From assembly GCA_016712345.1 (NCBI GenBank), contig JADJRH010000002.1:8466-72465 (forward strand): a stretch of DNA of 64,000 nucleotides, given 5' to 3'. The position numbers and the translations under genes are program-made. This document shows, in pieces, positions 30,682-41,798 of the stretch. The stretch is from Polyangiaceae bacterium (GTDB taxonomy: Bacteria; Myxococcota_A; Polyangia; Polyangiales; Polyangiaceae). The stretch's first letter is position 1. Every line of letters starts with the position of its first letter. The notes under the pieces are model-generated. The model saw only the letters and a program-made list of their open reading frames with translations, searched no databases and was not told the DNA's origin.

Positions 30682-30770
30682 GCCGAACGTGGCAATCTGC
30701 TGCGGGCACTTGAGCAAGTGCGCTTGCGCACGCCGCGATGGTGCCCGTCAGCAGCATTGCCGAGTTAGGT
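30682..30770 (-). other. attC site 23 (family H)
   Basis: GCCGAAC...GTTAGGT boxes. Arms GGCAATCTGCTGCGGGCAC / GTGCCCGTCAGCAGCATTGCC. Confidence 0.65.
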
Positions 30771-31931
30771 ACCTGACCCCCAGTAGAGCGCTTTCGAAAT
30801 TGGAATTGCGCCGCTCGCGTTTGGTTGGGAACAAGCGTTTCCCAATTGTGTACACGACGCAGGCCCAAGAGCGCTGGTCCGATGTGTACACACAATCGAT
30901 TTCGCGCTGCCAAACCCACGAAAACCTCCGCGCAGAACGCATACTACCTGTATCAACCGCCATGTCAACGCTTTCGCGTGCGCCGCGAGGACAGCGAAGG
31001 TTGATGCCCAACGCAGGCAATGTGGCGTACGACAGCGAAGGCCAAACCGCGACCACGCGGTCTGGCCCATAACACACTACGAGCGCTCGGAGTGACAGCG
31101 AGACGGTGAGGGCGTGGTCCGAATTTCAGGGAGCTTTTCGCCGAAGGCGGAGGGGAAACGCTTACACCTGAGAGTTTCGGCGATCTACCCATGCGGCACA
31201 AAAAGCGCCTGACCTGTCGCTTTGAGTGTGTACACGGAGTGCCGACTGACGCGATGCCTCCCGGGGACGACCTGAAATACAAGTTTGCTCATCCGAAGGT
31301 GCAACTGAAGGCGTTTCGAGGCCCGCTTAGCTTGAAAAGAAACATACCAGCGCACCTGACCTCAAGCGAAGCGCGACAAAGTGTACACGCACTATGGCTA
31401 CCGATACCGTCGTGTTGGCGATATTCATGACCGCCCCGAAAAATAAGCGAAGCGCGACAAGTGTACCCATTAAAACCTACCCAATCTCGACTGCGTACAC
31501 GTGGGTACACATGAACTTTTCGAAACGAAATGAAGCGCCATCCAACACCAGGCGGTTTTCAATTGAGTCATGCCGCCCCGAATGTGTCGCATCGAAACCG
31601 AATGGGTCAACTCCAAATCAACCGACTCCCACATGGTCCGATCACAAATAGATGACGGCTTATGAATATACCCCACCGGATGAACCAGATGCGTGTTGCG
31701 GGGGAGAGCGTTTTGGACCGATCCGTTTCGCCTTTCAACCCAGCCGCCGGTGAGAAAGGTCAAGTTTGCACGACCCTTAGAAAAGCGCCTTTACCTGCGA
31801 AATACCCTACGTCACCCACCGAGAAAATTCAGGCGAGCTTACCCACACAATTGCTGCGTACCTTTATCTGCGAAATACCCTACGTCACCCACCGAAAAAA
31901 TCCAGGCGATTCTACCCACGAAATTCTGTGT
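30771..31931 (-). repeat. ORF-less cassette payload, N1-like
   Basis: Diverged N1 relative with the same motif order. Confidence 0.5.
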
Positions 31932-32033
31932 ACCTAACGTGCCGTTGAGCTGCAGACATCCTGAGCCAGCAGCGCGGCCGAAGGACGCGCTGCGCCGCGA
32001 TGGTGGCTGGCAGATCCAACGGCGAGTTAGATA
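31932..32033 (-). other. attC site 24 (singleton family I)
   Basis: ACCTAAC...GTTAGAT boxes. Arms GCCGTTGAGCTGCAGACATC / GATCCAACGGC-like inverted arms. Confidence 0.55.
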
Positions 32034-32093
32034 TTTCGTACAGGTAGGATCCGATTTCCGTCCTCCGGCGCGGCGGGCAGCGTGGTAGTCCGA

Positions 32094-33458
32094 TCATGGG
32101 TGTTTCTTCGGCGCCGCAGCGCCACTAGCCGTCGGCGGCTTCGGGATTGCAGGGCCGGCCGCGCCCGCAGGCGCATTCGCGGCGGGCAGCGACTCCGACT
32201 GCTCCGGCGGAAGGTACTTCTTGTCGACCGCCATGCCCCACGCCTTGAGGATGTCGTTGTCGGTGGCACCCACAGCATGTTTCACGAACTTGATGTGAGT
32301 CCCAAACATCAGCCACGTGGTGGAAGTGCCGCTCAGGAGCGGATGGTACTCTACGTGTCGGGGATCCTTCGATATCGGGTTCGCCGTACACAGCCCTGCC
32401 GCGTGCGCCACCGCCTCAAACGCGCGCTGCTCGTGATCGAAAAGGGAAGGGGCCTTGTCTGTTTTGTACTGTCCCTGATACGTCCCCTCAGCAGCCTTGT
32501 CGCCATAGTGGTTGACGTCGAGCGCGAGCCCCACGAGATGCCAACTACCGCCAGCCTGATGGGTCTTCCGGAACGCATCGGGATCCGGCGAACCCTTCCA
32601 CGGACCGTAGAGCTCGATGTCCCACTTATCTGCCTGGGCGACGAGATCGGTTTTCAGCTTGGTGACGAACTCTGGACACAGCTTCTTGTCGGCAAGCTGG
32701 GATTCCAGGGTCTTCTCTGGATCGAAGGGCCGGAGGACGCGGCGATACTTCTTCTCCAGCCAAAGTTTGATCTCTTTCTTCGTTTCGTCGTCCACGATCC
32801 CGTTCACGGTGCCCTTGAACGTGGGTGTGACCTCGACGACCTTTCCGTCAACCTCACGGTGCTTGAGACTCGCGTGGATCTGGAACCGTCTCACGATGAA
32901 CGCGGTGCGTGCGCCGAAGCTGCCGTCCGCCTTGCATTCCTGCGGAATCGCACCGGTGCTGGTCATGAAGAGGGCGCGGTAACCGAACCTCAAAAGGTGC
33001 TCCTGCAGATCGCTCACCCAGCGAAATGGGACCGTGGCGTCCGTGCTCCCCTGCTTCAGCTCGATCTCCGCGTCGGTCAGCGCGCTGATGGGCTTCTTGA
33101 GGTCCTTGTCGACCGCGTATGTGTACTTCGCCTTGTTGGTGCTCAGTACCTCGTAGTATGGGACAGCCTCGTCAGCCACCACCTTCACGTATGCGCCGCC
33201 GCCAGTCGCGGCTCCAGGAGAGGATGGTTGTGTTTCCGAACTGGAAGGCTGTGTTTCCGCGCCGGAAGGCTGTGTCCCCGTGCTCGACGGCTTCGTTTCC
33301 GAACTGGAAGGCTGTGTTTCCGCGCCCGACGGCTTCTTCTCTGTACCGTTTGATTCAGACGCGGCGGCCCCGCTGCCACTGCCCGTTCGAGCCTGCGCAT
33401 AGGCGACAGCGTCTCGGCCGGGTGGCTTGGGAGGATGTGGCTTGGTCTTATCGCCCAT
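32094..33458 (-). CDS. Large hypothetical protein (454 aa) with low-complexity Ser/Thr/Pro/Glu linker; possible PAAR-associated effector
   Basis: Coherent ORF (the plus-strand 423-aa ORF is its shadow). Lies 4 nt downstream of the PAAR gene. No domain recognised. Confidence 0.55.
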   Translation of the reverse strand: MGDKTKPHPPKPPGRDAVAYAQARTGSGSGAAASESNGTEKKPSGAETQPSSSETKPSSTGTQPSGAETQPSSSETQPSSPGAATGGGAYVKVVADEAVPYYEVLSTNKAKYTYAVDKDLKKPISALTDAEIELKQGSTDATVPFRWVSDLQEHLLRFGYRALFMTSTGAIPQECKADGSFGARTAFIVRRFQIHASLKHREVDGKVVEVTPTFKGTVNGIVDDETKKEIKLWLEKKYRRVLRPFDPEKTLESQLADKKLCPEFVTKLKTDLVAQADKWDIELYGPWKGSPDPDAFRKTHQAGGSWHLVGLALDVNHYGDKAAEGTYQGQYKTDKAPSLFDHEQRAFEAVAHAAGLCTANPISKDPRHVEYHPLLSGTSTTWLMFGTHIKFVKHAVGATDNDILKAWGMAVDKKYLPPEQSESLPAANAPAGAAGPAIPKPPTASGAAAPKKHP

Positions 33459-33462
33459 GAAC

Positions 33463-34008
33463 TTACACCTCCACGAGCTTGGTCACCCGAAACCTCGCTC
33501 CGAACTGCAGTCGGACCGTTCCACCAGCCGCCTCCGGCAATTCGTAGAAGCCTTCACTGTCGGTGCTTCCGCGGATCTCGGTTCCATCTGGTAGATCGGC
33601 CGAAAACGGCATGTCCGGTATCGGGACGTCAGCCGTCGTCACGAGTCGGAACCGGAGCTTGGCCGCTGACCGTTGGGGCGCGCGCGTATACTCTCCAATC
33701 AGGACATTAGGACTGCCGTCCACCAGCCGCCCACTACCGCCGCAGTGGGCGTCCTGGTCGCCGAGCCGGTGAGCCTTGCGTTCGTTAATGAGCACGCGCG
33801 GCGCTCCGCGGACGGCTGTCCACGACTGCTCGCCACAGCAGTCCGCGTGCTTCCCCTCGTCGTCCACACGGAGGGCTGGGCGGCCGTTGATGAGGACGTT
33901 GCCCGAGCCCGTCACGGCCGGCCCGATCGCTTGATGCGGACACCGTGGGCACGAATGGCCATCCGCCGCAACGTGCGAACGATCTCCTTTTCTTCCTGCC
34001 GGCTTCAT
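33463..34008 (-). CDS. PAAR-domain protein with about 70-aa C-terminal extension
   Basis: MKPAGRKGDRSHVAADGHSCPRCPHQAIGPAVTGSGNVLINGRPALRVDDEGKHADCCG...GSPNVLIG shows the classic PAAR repeats. ATG at 34008. Confidence 0.8.
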   Translation of the reverse strand: MKPAGRKGDRSHVAADGHSCPRCPHQAIGPAVTGSGNVLINGRPALRVDDEGKHADCCGEQSWTAVRGAPRVLINERKAHRLGDQDAHCGGSGRLVDGSPNVLIGEYTRAPQRSAAKLRFRLVTTADVPIPDMPFSADLPDGTEIRGSTDSEGFYELPEAAGGTVRLQFGARFRVTKLVEV

Positions 34009-34170
34009 TCGCTCTCTCCTTCGTGACGTCTCGCCGCTATCCATGAGGAATCGAGGTGCAACGTGTTCGAACCCAGGAACCTCGCAGACGGGTGGATCTC
34101 AGAGCTGGATCTAGGGCCTGGAGGGTGACGGCTCAGCGCCGCCGCTCTGCTCTCGCTGTTGTCGATACAT

Positions 34171-34274
34171 ATCTAACGTGGGGTTGTGCTGCAAGCCCCG
34201 AAAGCAAGCAGAGGGGCGCGTCAGCGACGCTCTGCGCAGCGTCGGGGTTTGTCAGAACCAACCCCTGGTTGGGC
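34171..34274 (-). other. attC site 25 (family G)
   Basis: ATCTAAC...GTTGGGC boxes. Family G arms. Confidence 0.7.
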
Positions 34275-35291
34275 ACCGTACGCTGGGTAGATTTCTCTCG
34301 AATTTGCACCACCGCACGGCTTGTTTTGAAGGGGAAATGTGCGTCCGATAAATGTACACAAGAGCGTCCAAGTGAGGATCGCCGAATGTGTACACTGGTC
34401 AAGTTTCGCGCCATAAACCCACCAACCGCTGCGTACGCGCCGTAGACTACGCGTATCAACATGACCGTCAAGTACAATCTGTAGCCGCGAGGGTGATGCG
34501 CTCGGGGGGATAACGCTACGCTCACGAAAACGCTGGCGTACATGCAACCGCCGACGAGTCGAAAAGAAAGTCGGAAGGCCGAGCCGCGGCCTACGGGCGA
34601 ACGCGAAGTATCGAAAGCAAAGACGCCTCGCCGTGAGGAACCGAAATACAAGGTGGTTTATCCGAAGGTGCGAATCAAGCGCTTCGAAAAACCGCACAGC
34701 TTGCGGAAAAACATCACCGCACCTGACACTCAGCGAAGCGCGATATGTGTACACGCACCGAAGTTACCCATGCCGACGTGTTGGCGACCGCACGCCGATG
34801 CCGACAAAAACAAGCGAAGCGCGACAAGTGTACCCATGTGAAGGCCGTCCGAATTATTGTGTACACGTGGGTACATTCTACCTTTTCGAAAAGAAGCGAA
34901 GCGCGACTCGTGGGGCAACCGTTTCGACTCAACAATACCGCTGCTGGAGCGAAGCGACCAAACCCCCGTGACGGACTGCGCCTCCATTGAAATGGACCCC
35001 TCCACTCAACAGTCAACCAGTCAACCAGTCAACCAGTCAACCAGTCAACCAGTCAACCAGTCAACCAGTCAACCTTACCGCCCCACGCGATATGTTATTT
35101 CCGAGGGTAGAAACATCTCTCTCGCAGACACGCTCATTGTCAAATTCAGAATCGCAACTGAAGGGTAAGATAGCAGGTAAAGCTTGATCAAATGTGCCTT
35201 CAAAATAGACTCAACAACGCTTCCTCAAGCCAAGGCCTGACACTGCCTTTCTGGGAAAAAAGATGAGCGCCTCTACCCAGAAATTCTGTGT
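34275..35291 (-). repeat. ORF-less cassette payload, family N3
   Basis: Collinear with 21284..22299. Octamer array present. Confidence 0.6.
35012..35076. repeat. Tandem octamer array (GTCAACCA)x8
   Basis: Same array in an N3 cassette. Confidence 0.8.
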
Positions 35292-35390
35292 GCCCAACGT
35301 GGCAATCTGCTGCGGGCACTTGAGCAAGTGCGCTTGCGCACGCCGCGATGGTGCCCGTCAGCAGCATTGCCGAGTTAGGTACCTGACCCC
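35292..35390 (-). other. attC site 26 (family H)
   Basis: GCCCAAC...GTTAGGT boxes. Family H arms. Confidence 0.65.
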
Positions 35391-36437
35391 CAGTAGAGCG
35401 CTTTCGAAATTGGAATTGCGCCGCTCGCGTTTGGTTGGGAATAAGCGATTCCCAATTGTGTACACGACGCAGGCCCAAGAGCGCTGGTCCGATGTGTACG
35501 CACAATCGATTTCGCGCTGTCAAACCCACGAAAACCTCCGCGCAAAACGCATACTACCTGTATCAACCGGCATGTCAACGCTTTCGCGTGCGCCACGAGG
35601 ACAGCCAAGGTCGATGCCCAACGCAGGCAATGCGGCAAACGATTGCGAAGGCCAAACCGCGACCACGCGGTTTGGCCCATGACACAATACGAGCGCTCCG
35701 AGTGACAGCGAGACGGTGAGGGGTGAGGGCGTGGTGCGAATTTCATGGAGCCTTTCGCCGAAGGCGGACGGGAAACGCGTACGCCTGAAAGTTTTGGCGA
35801 TCTACCCATACGCTACAAAAACGCGTGACCTGTCGCTTCGAATGTGTACACGGAGTGCCGACTGACGCGATGCCTCCCAGGGAGGAACCGAAATACAAGT
35901 TTGCTCATCCGAAGGTGCAACTGAAGGCGTTTCGAGGCCCACTTAGCTTGAAAAGAAACATACAGCGCACCTGACCTCAAGCGAAGCGCGAAAAAATGTA
36001 CACGCACTGCGGCTAACCGATGCCGTCGTGTTAGCGATATTCATGATCGCCCCGAAAATAGGCGAAGCGCGACAAGTGTACCCATGAAAACCTACCCAAT
36101 CTCGACTGCGCACACGTGGGTACACATGAACTTTTCGGAACGAAATAAAGCGCCGTCCAATGCGAGGTGGCTTTCAACTGAGTCATGCCGCGGTGGATGT
36201 GTCGCATCGAAAACCGAACGGGTCGACTCAAAATCTACCCACTCCCACATGGTCCGATCACAAATAGATGACGGCTTATGAATATCCCCCACCGGATGAA
36301 CCAGATGCGTGCTGCGGTTGGAGAACGTTTTGGACCGACCCGTTTCGCCCTCAACCGGCCGGCAGTGTAGAAAGGTCAAGTGTACACGACCTTGAAAAAA
36401 CGCCTCCATCCACCGACCTACCCACGAAATTCTGTGT
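35391..36437 (-). repeat. ORF-less cassette payload, N1-like
   Basis: Diverged N1 relative. Followed by the degenerate attC remnant. Confidence 0.5.
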
Positions 36438-36500
36438 ACCCAACGCGCCAATCTGCTGCGAGGATGAACGACACACTTGTCGCGGGAGTAGAATTTTGGG
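36438..36500 (-). other. Degenerate attC remnant (5' half only)
   Basis: ACCCAAC box followed by GCGCCAATCTGCTGCGAGG, with no matching 3' arm or GTTRRRY box. Followed by a short, roughly 140-bp cassette-boundary-only remnant. Confidence 0.4.
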
Positions 36501-36640
36501 GCCGACCGTCTTGCCCTCAGCCCAGCGGCCAGTGAAGAAAGGCCAGTGTGCTCGACCCTTAGAAAAGCGCCTCGATCCTCGAAGTGCCCGCGTCACCCAC
36601 CGAAAAAAATCCAGGCGATTCTACCCACGAAATTCTGTGT

Positions 36641-36741
36641 ACCTAACGTGGTATTCTGCTGCGGGCAGGCGGCGCAAGCAGAGCGGACGAAGGACGCTCT
36701 GCGCAGCAAGCCTGACCGACAGCAGCAATACCTGGTTGGAC
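36641..36741 (-). other. attC site 27 (family B)
   Basis: ACCTAAC...GTTGGAC boxes. Family B arms. Confidence 0.7.
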
Positions 36742-37159
36742 ATCCCAAGCTCCGAGCCCCACCGTTTAGGATGAGGCTGAGACATGGTAAAAAGACGAAT
36801 CGAAACGCTAAGCCATGTCGTTGAGCACGTGCCGACAAGAAAGTCGATGAGGGTGCCGCGAGCCGAGGAGCAGCGCATCGTAGGGAGCGTCCAACCCATG
36901 CGCTGGTCGATGGCGCAGGGCAGGGCGTCGAGCCCGAGCGAGGTGGTGAAGGGGCAGGTGAAGGGGCAGACCAAAGCGGACGAAGCCAAAGGAGCGGCTG
37001 CGCTCCACGGCCGTCCCGCCGCCTCTGACGCACGGGTGAAAAGAGCAAAGAGGAATCGCTGTTTTTCTGGGTGAAATTGGGAGGCATCGGGGGGGGAGCA
37101 CGAAACCGACGGTCGAATGGACGCAACTCGAAGAGGGCCAAAACCGATAGATCTTCAGG

Positions 37160-37255
37160 GGTGTCCGCAAGGGCCGGCCGGGGAGTCGCCCAGAAAGAGG
37201 ACTCGAAGAGAGCAGGGCGGAGAGGGCGACTCCCCGGCCGGCCCTTGCGGACACC
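37160..37255. repeat. Perfect 32-bp inverted repeat upstream of GxxExxY copy 3
   Basis: Same sequence as 858..953. Confidence 0.8.
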
Positions 37256-37357
37256 CTGCGAGCCAATCGAGCGCGCCGCGTCGAAAAGTTGCGCCCAATG
37301 GGTAGGAATGGTCCTCCCCGAAGCCCTGAAACCACCCGAGAACAAGAGCGTCTCCCC

Positions 37358-37732
37358 ATGCTGTTATACAAGGAGTTGAGTCAAGAGGTGGTGGGAGCGG
37401 CGTTGGAAGTGCACCGTCACCTGGGGCCAGGTTTGCTGGAGTCGGCCTATGACCATGCGCTATGTCATGAGCTTGGGCTTCGACGGCTGCACTACCGTCG
37501 ACAAGTGGAAGTGCCAGTCCACTACAAGGGCGTGGTACTCGGCTCGTGGCTGCGCATGGACCTTTTGGTCGAAGAGCGAATCGTCGTGGAAGTCAAAGCG
37601 GTCGAACAGTCTCTACCCATCCACGGTGCTCAACTGCTGACTTACCTTCGACTCAGTGGTTATCGCGTCGGTCTGCTGATAAACTTCAACTCGTTACATC
37701 TGAAAAGTGGCATCGTGCGTCGGGTGATCTGA
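37358..37732 (+). CDS. GxxExxY protein, copy 3
   Basis: Identical to copy 1. Confidence 0.8.
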   Translation: MLLYKELSQEVVGAALEVHRHLGPGLLESAYDHALCHELGLRRLHYRRQVEVPVHYKGVVLGSWLRMDLLVEERIVVEVKAVEQSLPIHGAQLLTYLRLSGYRVGLLINFNSLHLKSGIVRRVI

Positions 37733-37771
37733 ACGATCTGACTGTCAAGTTGCCTTACTCACATAGGGTAT

Positions 37772-37866
37772 GTCCAACGTGGGGCTGTGCTGTGGCCGCG
37801 CCGCAGCGCGCGCGGCACCGCCGCGCGCGCTGCGGCGCGGCCATCTGCACCAGCCCGGAGTTGGGG
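37772..37866 (-). other. attC site 28 (family P)
   Basis: GTCCAAC...GTTGGGG boxes. GC-rich palindrome identical to site 10. Confidence 0.6.
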
Positions 37867-37949
37867 GGCATCTTGCGGTGACGCTCTGAGTCCATGTCGT
37901 ACCCGTTCCATAAATGAGATTCTCATCAGAAGGCGGTAACTTGCCAAGG

Positions 37950-38981
37950 CTATTCCAGCATCACCTCACTGCTGCAATGGGCACAGCGAGTTCCGCCCCA
38001 GTACCATATTCCGCCGAATCGCGCACAGAGCTTGTCACCGACGCGGACCAATGCCCCATACAGCAATGCGCCGAAGATCCACCAGTATGAGCGCCACATC
38101 CAGCCAGCCAATAGCGCGAGCAGCAAGAATGGCAGGCCAGCAGCATCGAGTCCGTCTGCACGAGGATACACGCGGAGGCTCCGCTGGCCGCAGCTCGGAC
38201 ACTCCTTCGGTGCTGTTCGCCATGCGATGGTCAGAGTCAGCACGGCGGCAACGAGCGTTCCTGACGCGTATAGCAGCATGCACAGACCCAGCATACGCCA
38301 GGTGATGGGATGGAGTCCCTTGGCGGAGACGAAGCCCGGCTCCATCTCGAGAAACCCGTGCAGGTTGATGGTTTCCCACGTTCCTTCCAACCCCTTCGAT
38401 GGGAACCCCCAATGGTATACTTCCAACGACAGCGTGTCGAGCGAACCCATGGCAAACGCCGCGAACGCGAACATGACGCCACCATGGACGCCAAGAGAGA
38501 GGAGGGCACTCTGGACCGCTCGGCAGTGCATGGTGTAGTCTATGGCCCCACCTTGGGTTACGAGACGGTTCGCCCTGAGGGACATGGTCGTGCCGAGTGT
38601 AGCGAAGCAAAGCACTGTCAAGACCAGGAGCCAATTGGCTTCGCGAGCTGCATCGATAGCTACGAGGATGCATCCTAGATGTCCGGCGTAAAGAGCGCCG
38701 CTTGTAAATGCCGTTGCGGGCACCCAAAGTGGCATAGGCAGATGCTTTATCGTGCTCGGCGAAGCGCGATGCACAGCCGGAGCATCAGTGACGGGGTGCG
38801 CGATGGAATGGGTCCAGGCTGCGCGTGCCTTCACTGAACCGAGACGCCACATGATTGCGCCAAGGAGGATGCCAGCCGTGAGCGCCACGAGCAGCACGCG
38901 AAGTGGGGAATTGAGCACGCGAAGGTACAGGGGATTGAGCATCACCAATCCCCGTCGATGAGTGCGGTCAGGGTGCGCCAC
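37950..38981 (-). CDS. Polytopic membrane protein, copy 2
   Basis: Identical to 13229..14260. Cassette duplication that includes the palindromic family-P attC. Confidence 0.6.
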   Translation of the reverse strand: MAHPDRTHRRGLVMLNPLYLRVLNSPLRVLLVALTAGILLGAIMWRLGSVKARAAWTHSIAHPVTDAPAVHRASPSTIKHLPMPLWVPATAFTSGALYAGHLGCILVAIDAAREANWLLVLTVLCFATLGTTMSLRANRLVTQGGAIDYTMHCRAVQSALLSLGVHGGVMFAFAAFAMGSLDTLSLEVYHWGFPSKGLEGTWETINLHGFLEMEPGFVSAKGLHPITWRMLGLCMLLYASGTLVAAVLTLTIAWRTAPKECPSCGQRSLRVYPRADGLDAAGLPFLLLALLAGWMWRSYWWIFGALLYGALVRVGDKLCARFGGIWYWGGTRCAHCSSEVMLE

Positions 38982-39000
38982 ACTCGGCGTTGCCTAGCCC

Positions 39001-39101
39001 CCCCAACGTGGCAATCTGCTGCAAGCCCCAAAAGCAAGCAGAGCGGCCGAAGGACGCTCTGCGCAGCGTTGGGGTTTGCCAGCAGCATTGCCGAGTTAGG
39101 T
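39001..39101 (-). other. attC site 29 (family A)
   Basis: CCCCAAC...GTTAGGT boxes. Family A arms. Confidence 0.7.
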
Positions 39102-40182
39102 ACCTGACTCCCAGCAGGGTGTTTTCGAAATTGGAATTGCGCCGCTCGCGTTTGGTTGGGAATAAGCGTTTCCCAATTGTGTACACGACGCAGGCCCAAG
39201 AGCGCTGGTGCGATGTGTACGCAAAATCGATTTCGCGCTGTCAAACCCACGAAAACCTCCGCGCAAAACGAATACTACCCGTCTCAATCGGCCTGTCAAC
39301 GCTTTGTCGCGCGTCGCGAAGACAGGCGAAGTCGACGCTCATCGCCGGCAACGCGGCACACGATCGTGAAGGCCAAACCGCGATGACGCCTTGGGACAAA
39401 TCGGAGCGCGCCGAAATGTTGGCGAGATGGCACCAGCCTCCGCGAAATACAATCTGGCATTTCGCCGAAGGCGTATAGGAAACGCCGGAAAACCAGGGCC
39501 ATTTCGTCGATCTACCCATTCCCATCCAATTGCGCTGCCTTCTCTCCGAATGTGTACACTAAGTGTCGTTTGACATGAGGCATCTCAGGGACGAATCCGA
39601 AATACAAGTTGGCTTATCCGAAGGTGCAAATGAAGCGTTTTGAGAAACGCGCTGATTCAAAAAGAACAACGCCGCACCGAACCTCATGCGAAGCGCGATA
39701 TTTGTGTACACGCACCGCGGCTACGCGTGCCGGCGTGTTTGCGTTGTTACACGAACGCCCTGAGAAGAAGCGAAGCGCGACAAGTGTACCCATGAAAACC
39801 TACCCATGGTCGATTGCGCACGCGTGGGTACACACAAGCTTTTCGGACGAAATGAGCGCCGATCAAAGCAAAGTGGTTTTCAACTGAGTCACACCGCCCA
39901 CGGATGTGTCGCATCGAAACCGAACCGCCAAGTCCAAATCTACCCATGCTTGGACATGGTCAGATCATGAATTGATAATGGATTACGAAGAGAAGCCCAC
40001 CGCATGAGCGACCGGTCGTCGCGGGAGTAGAATTTCGCACGTACCCACCTCGCATCTCAACGCGACTGCCGGTGGTGAATAGTCAGAATATGCAGGGTAC
40101 CCCCAAAAAAGCCTCTACTCACCAATTGCTCAGGCCCACCTTATGACGAAATTCAAACAACTCTACCCACAAAATTCTGTGT
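39102..40182 (-). repeat. ORF-less cassette payload, family N1
   Basis: Collinear with 2897..3980. Confidence 0.6.
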
Positions 40183-40280
40183 ACCTAACGTGGGGTTGAG
40201 CTGCAGCCGTCCGCGCAGCAAGTGGCCGGCGCCGCCGGCCACGCCGCAAGCAGGCTGTCAGATCCAACCCCGTGTTGGGC
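40183..40280 (-). other. attC site 30 (singleton family J)
   Basis: ACCTAAC...GTTGGGC boxes. Arms GGGGTTGAGCTGCAGCCGTCC / GGCTGTCAGATCCAACCCC. Confidence 0.55.
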
Positions 40281-40313
40281 TGCTCTTTCTTGTGTGCGGT
40301 GTCGAAGGGCATT

Positions 40314-41798
40314 CTACTGTATCCATGATAGAGCCGCGAATGATGACAAGAATTGTTTGGGAATGTCGGCGTCCGCTCTGGGGAGATCGAAGAGAGTGAA
40401 CGCAACTTCGAGGGAGCGCTGTACTTCTCGCGCACTCTGGCCCATTCTATAAACGGACCAGATCTGCGGTCGAAACAAGCGGACAGCCGTCTCTCTCAGC
40501 CAACCGGCACCGAGCTCTGATCCGGCCTTGAGCGCCGCATGGGCAGTTTCAGCCGGAAATACTGGCACAGCGGTCTTCATCGCCACCTCGGCAATCTTCA
40601 CCACCGCACCCGTCGTCGTGGTGGCGCGGGACGTGAACTGGCCTATGTCGCCAGCTAAGGCGCGAGTGAGTTCTTCCATTTGACTCGCGTTGCCGCGGGC
40701 GAGCATCGTCTCCATTTCACCCCTTCGGCTGCGAAGCGCATGAGCATCGTCGCGCAAGGATCTTACTGCTTCTGGGATGTCCAAGGGTCCCTTGGTCCTC
40801 GCGAGGATGGCGTCAAACCAGAACGGCATGCGGACCGGGAAGTCCCTCTTTTGATAGAGCGCATGCCACTGACTTTTCAGCCAGTCTTCCGTCCGGATTC
40901 GAGAGTCAAGCATTTTCTCGGCGATGTGCGCGCGAATCATCTTCATGGGAGTGCGCAAACACCCACCGATGTAGTGAACGGGTGGTCCCTCGTGATCCGT
41001 CCGAAGAATGACCGAAAGCACGTGCGCGAGTTTCTCGTAGAACAGCGCCCGCACGTCGTTGTCAAGAATTGTCGTTCGCAGTGACTCGGCATCTCTTGGG
41101 AGGAACCGTATGTGATCGTGGCAAAAGATCATCCGGCTGCCGCTGTGACGTCGCGGTGAGGCCGAGTAACTAAGGTGGGTATCGAATCCCCGATAATTCA
41201 AGGGACGAGCCGCAGGAACAAGCGCGTGCCACAGAGCGGCGAGTTCATCAAGCCAGTTGGGGGCGTCATACTGGAAATTGATCATATCGCGAAGAGCTGA
41301 AGCGAATATGGAGTCGAGCATGACAGACCAGCGGTCCCCGACAATCGCGGATGTGGAGGCCCTGTTGATGGGGCGTATCACCTCATCAAGCATCAACAAC
41401 TTGTTTGCCTTGGCCGCCGTGTCGCCCGTGATGTCGAGAACAAGGAGACGATCGTAGAAAAGGATCGCGCCGAGAATCGTCGCGAAATCGAGAAGGGCGA
41501 CAAACGGGTCGTCGATGTCGTCACCGGCCAAGAGCCGGCAGGTATTATCCAGTGATGTCCAGTCGATGAGCGCAATAGTCGATGCTGGGTTTGCGGCGAC
41601 GTCTGCCTGATGTCGAATCGACCGCCGCAGGGCTGGCAGCTTTGGCAGCTCTTGGGCCAGGGCTTCCGGTTTATACCGGGCGCCAAGATCCCAGTTGATC
41701 GTGCCGACGAGTTCGATAGCCCACTGCGCCTCGGCCTCGGGCGTTGTGGGTTCCAAGAACCGATCGGACGAGACGTCGTGCTCGGAGTCTTCGCTCAT
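40314..41798 (-). CDS. Hypothetical protein (494 aa)
   Basis: Long clean ORF that fills one cassette. ATG at 41798 (MSEDSEHD); the track start lies inside the attC. No family recognised. Confidence 0.55.
   Translation of the reverse strand: MSEDSEHDVSSDRFLEPTTPEAEAQWAIELVGTINWDLGARYKPEALAQELPKLPALRRSIRHQADVAANPASTIALIDWTSLDNTCRLLAGDDIDDPFVALLDFATILGAILFYDRLLVLDITGDTAAKANKLLMLDEVIRPINRASTSAIVGDRWSVMLDSIFASALRDMINFQYDAPNWLDELAALWHALVPAARPLNYRGFDTHLSYSASPRRHSGSRMIFCHDHIRFLPRDAESLRTTILDNDVRALFYEKLAHVLSVILRTDHEGPPVHYIGGCLRTPMKMIRAHIAEKMLDSRIRTEDWLKSQWHALYQKRDFPVRMPFWFDAILARTKGPLDIPEAVRSLRDDAHALRSRRGEMETMLARGNASQMEELTRALAGDIGQFTSRATTTTGAVVKIAEVAMKTAVPVFPAETAHAALKAGSELGAGWLRETAVRLFRPQIWSVYRMGQSAREVQRSLEVAFTLFDLPRADADIPKQFLSSFAALSWIQ

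Noticed and set aside
32082-33353. 423-aa plus-strand ORF.
   Set aside because: It is the antisense shadow of the better-formed 454-aa minus-strand ORF (32094..33458). It has an implausible Arg/Leu-rich composition and no motif.
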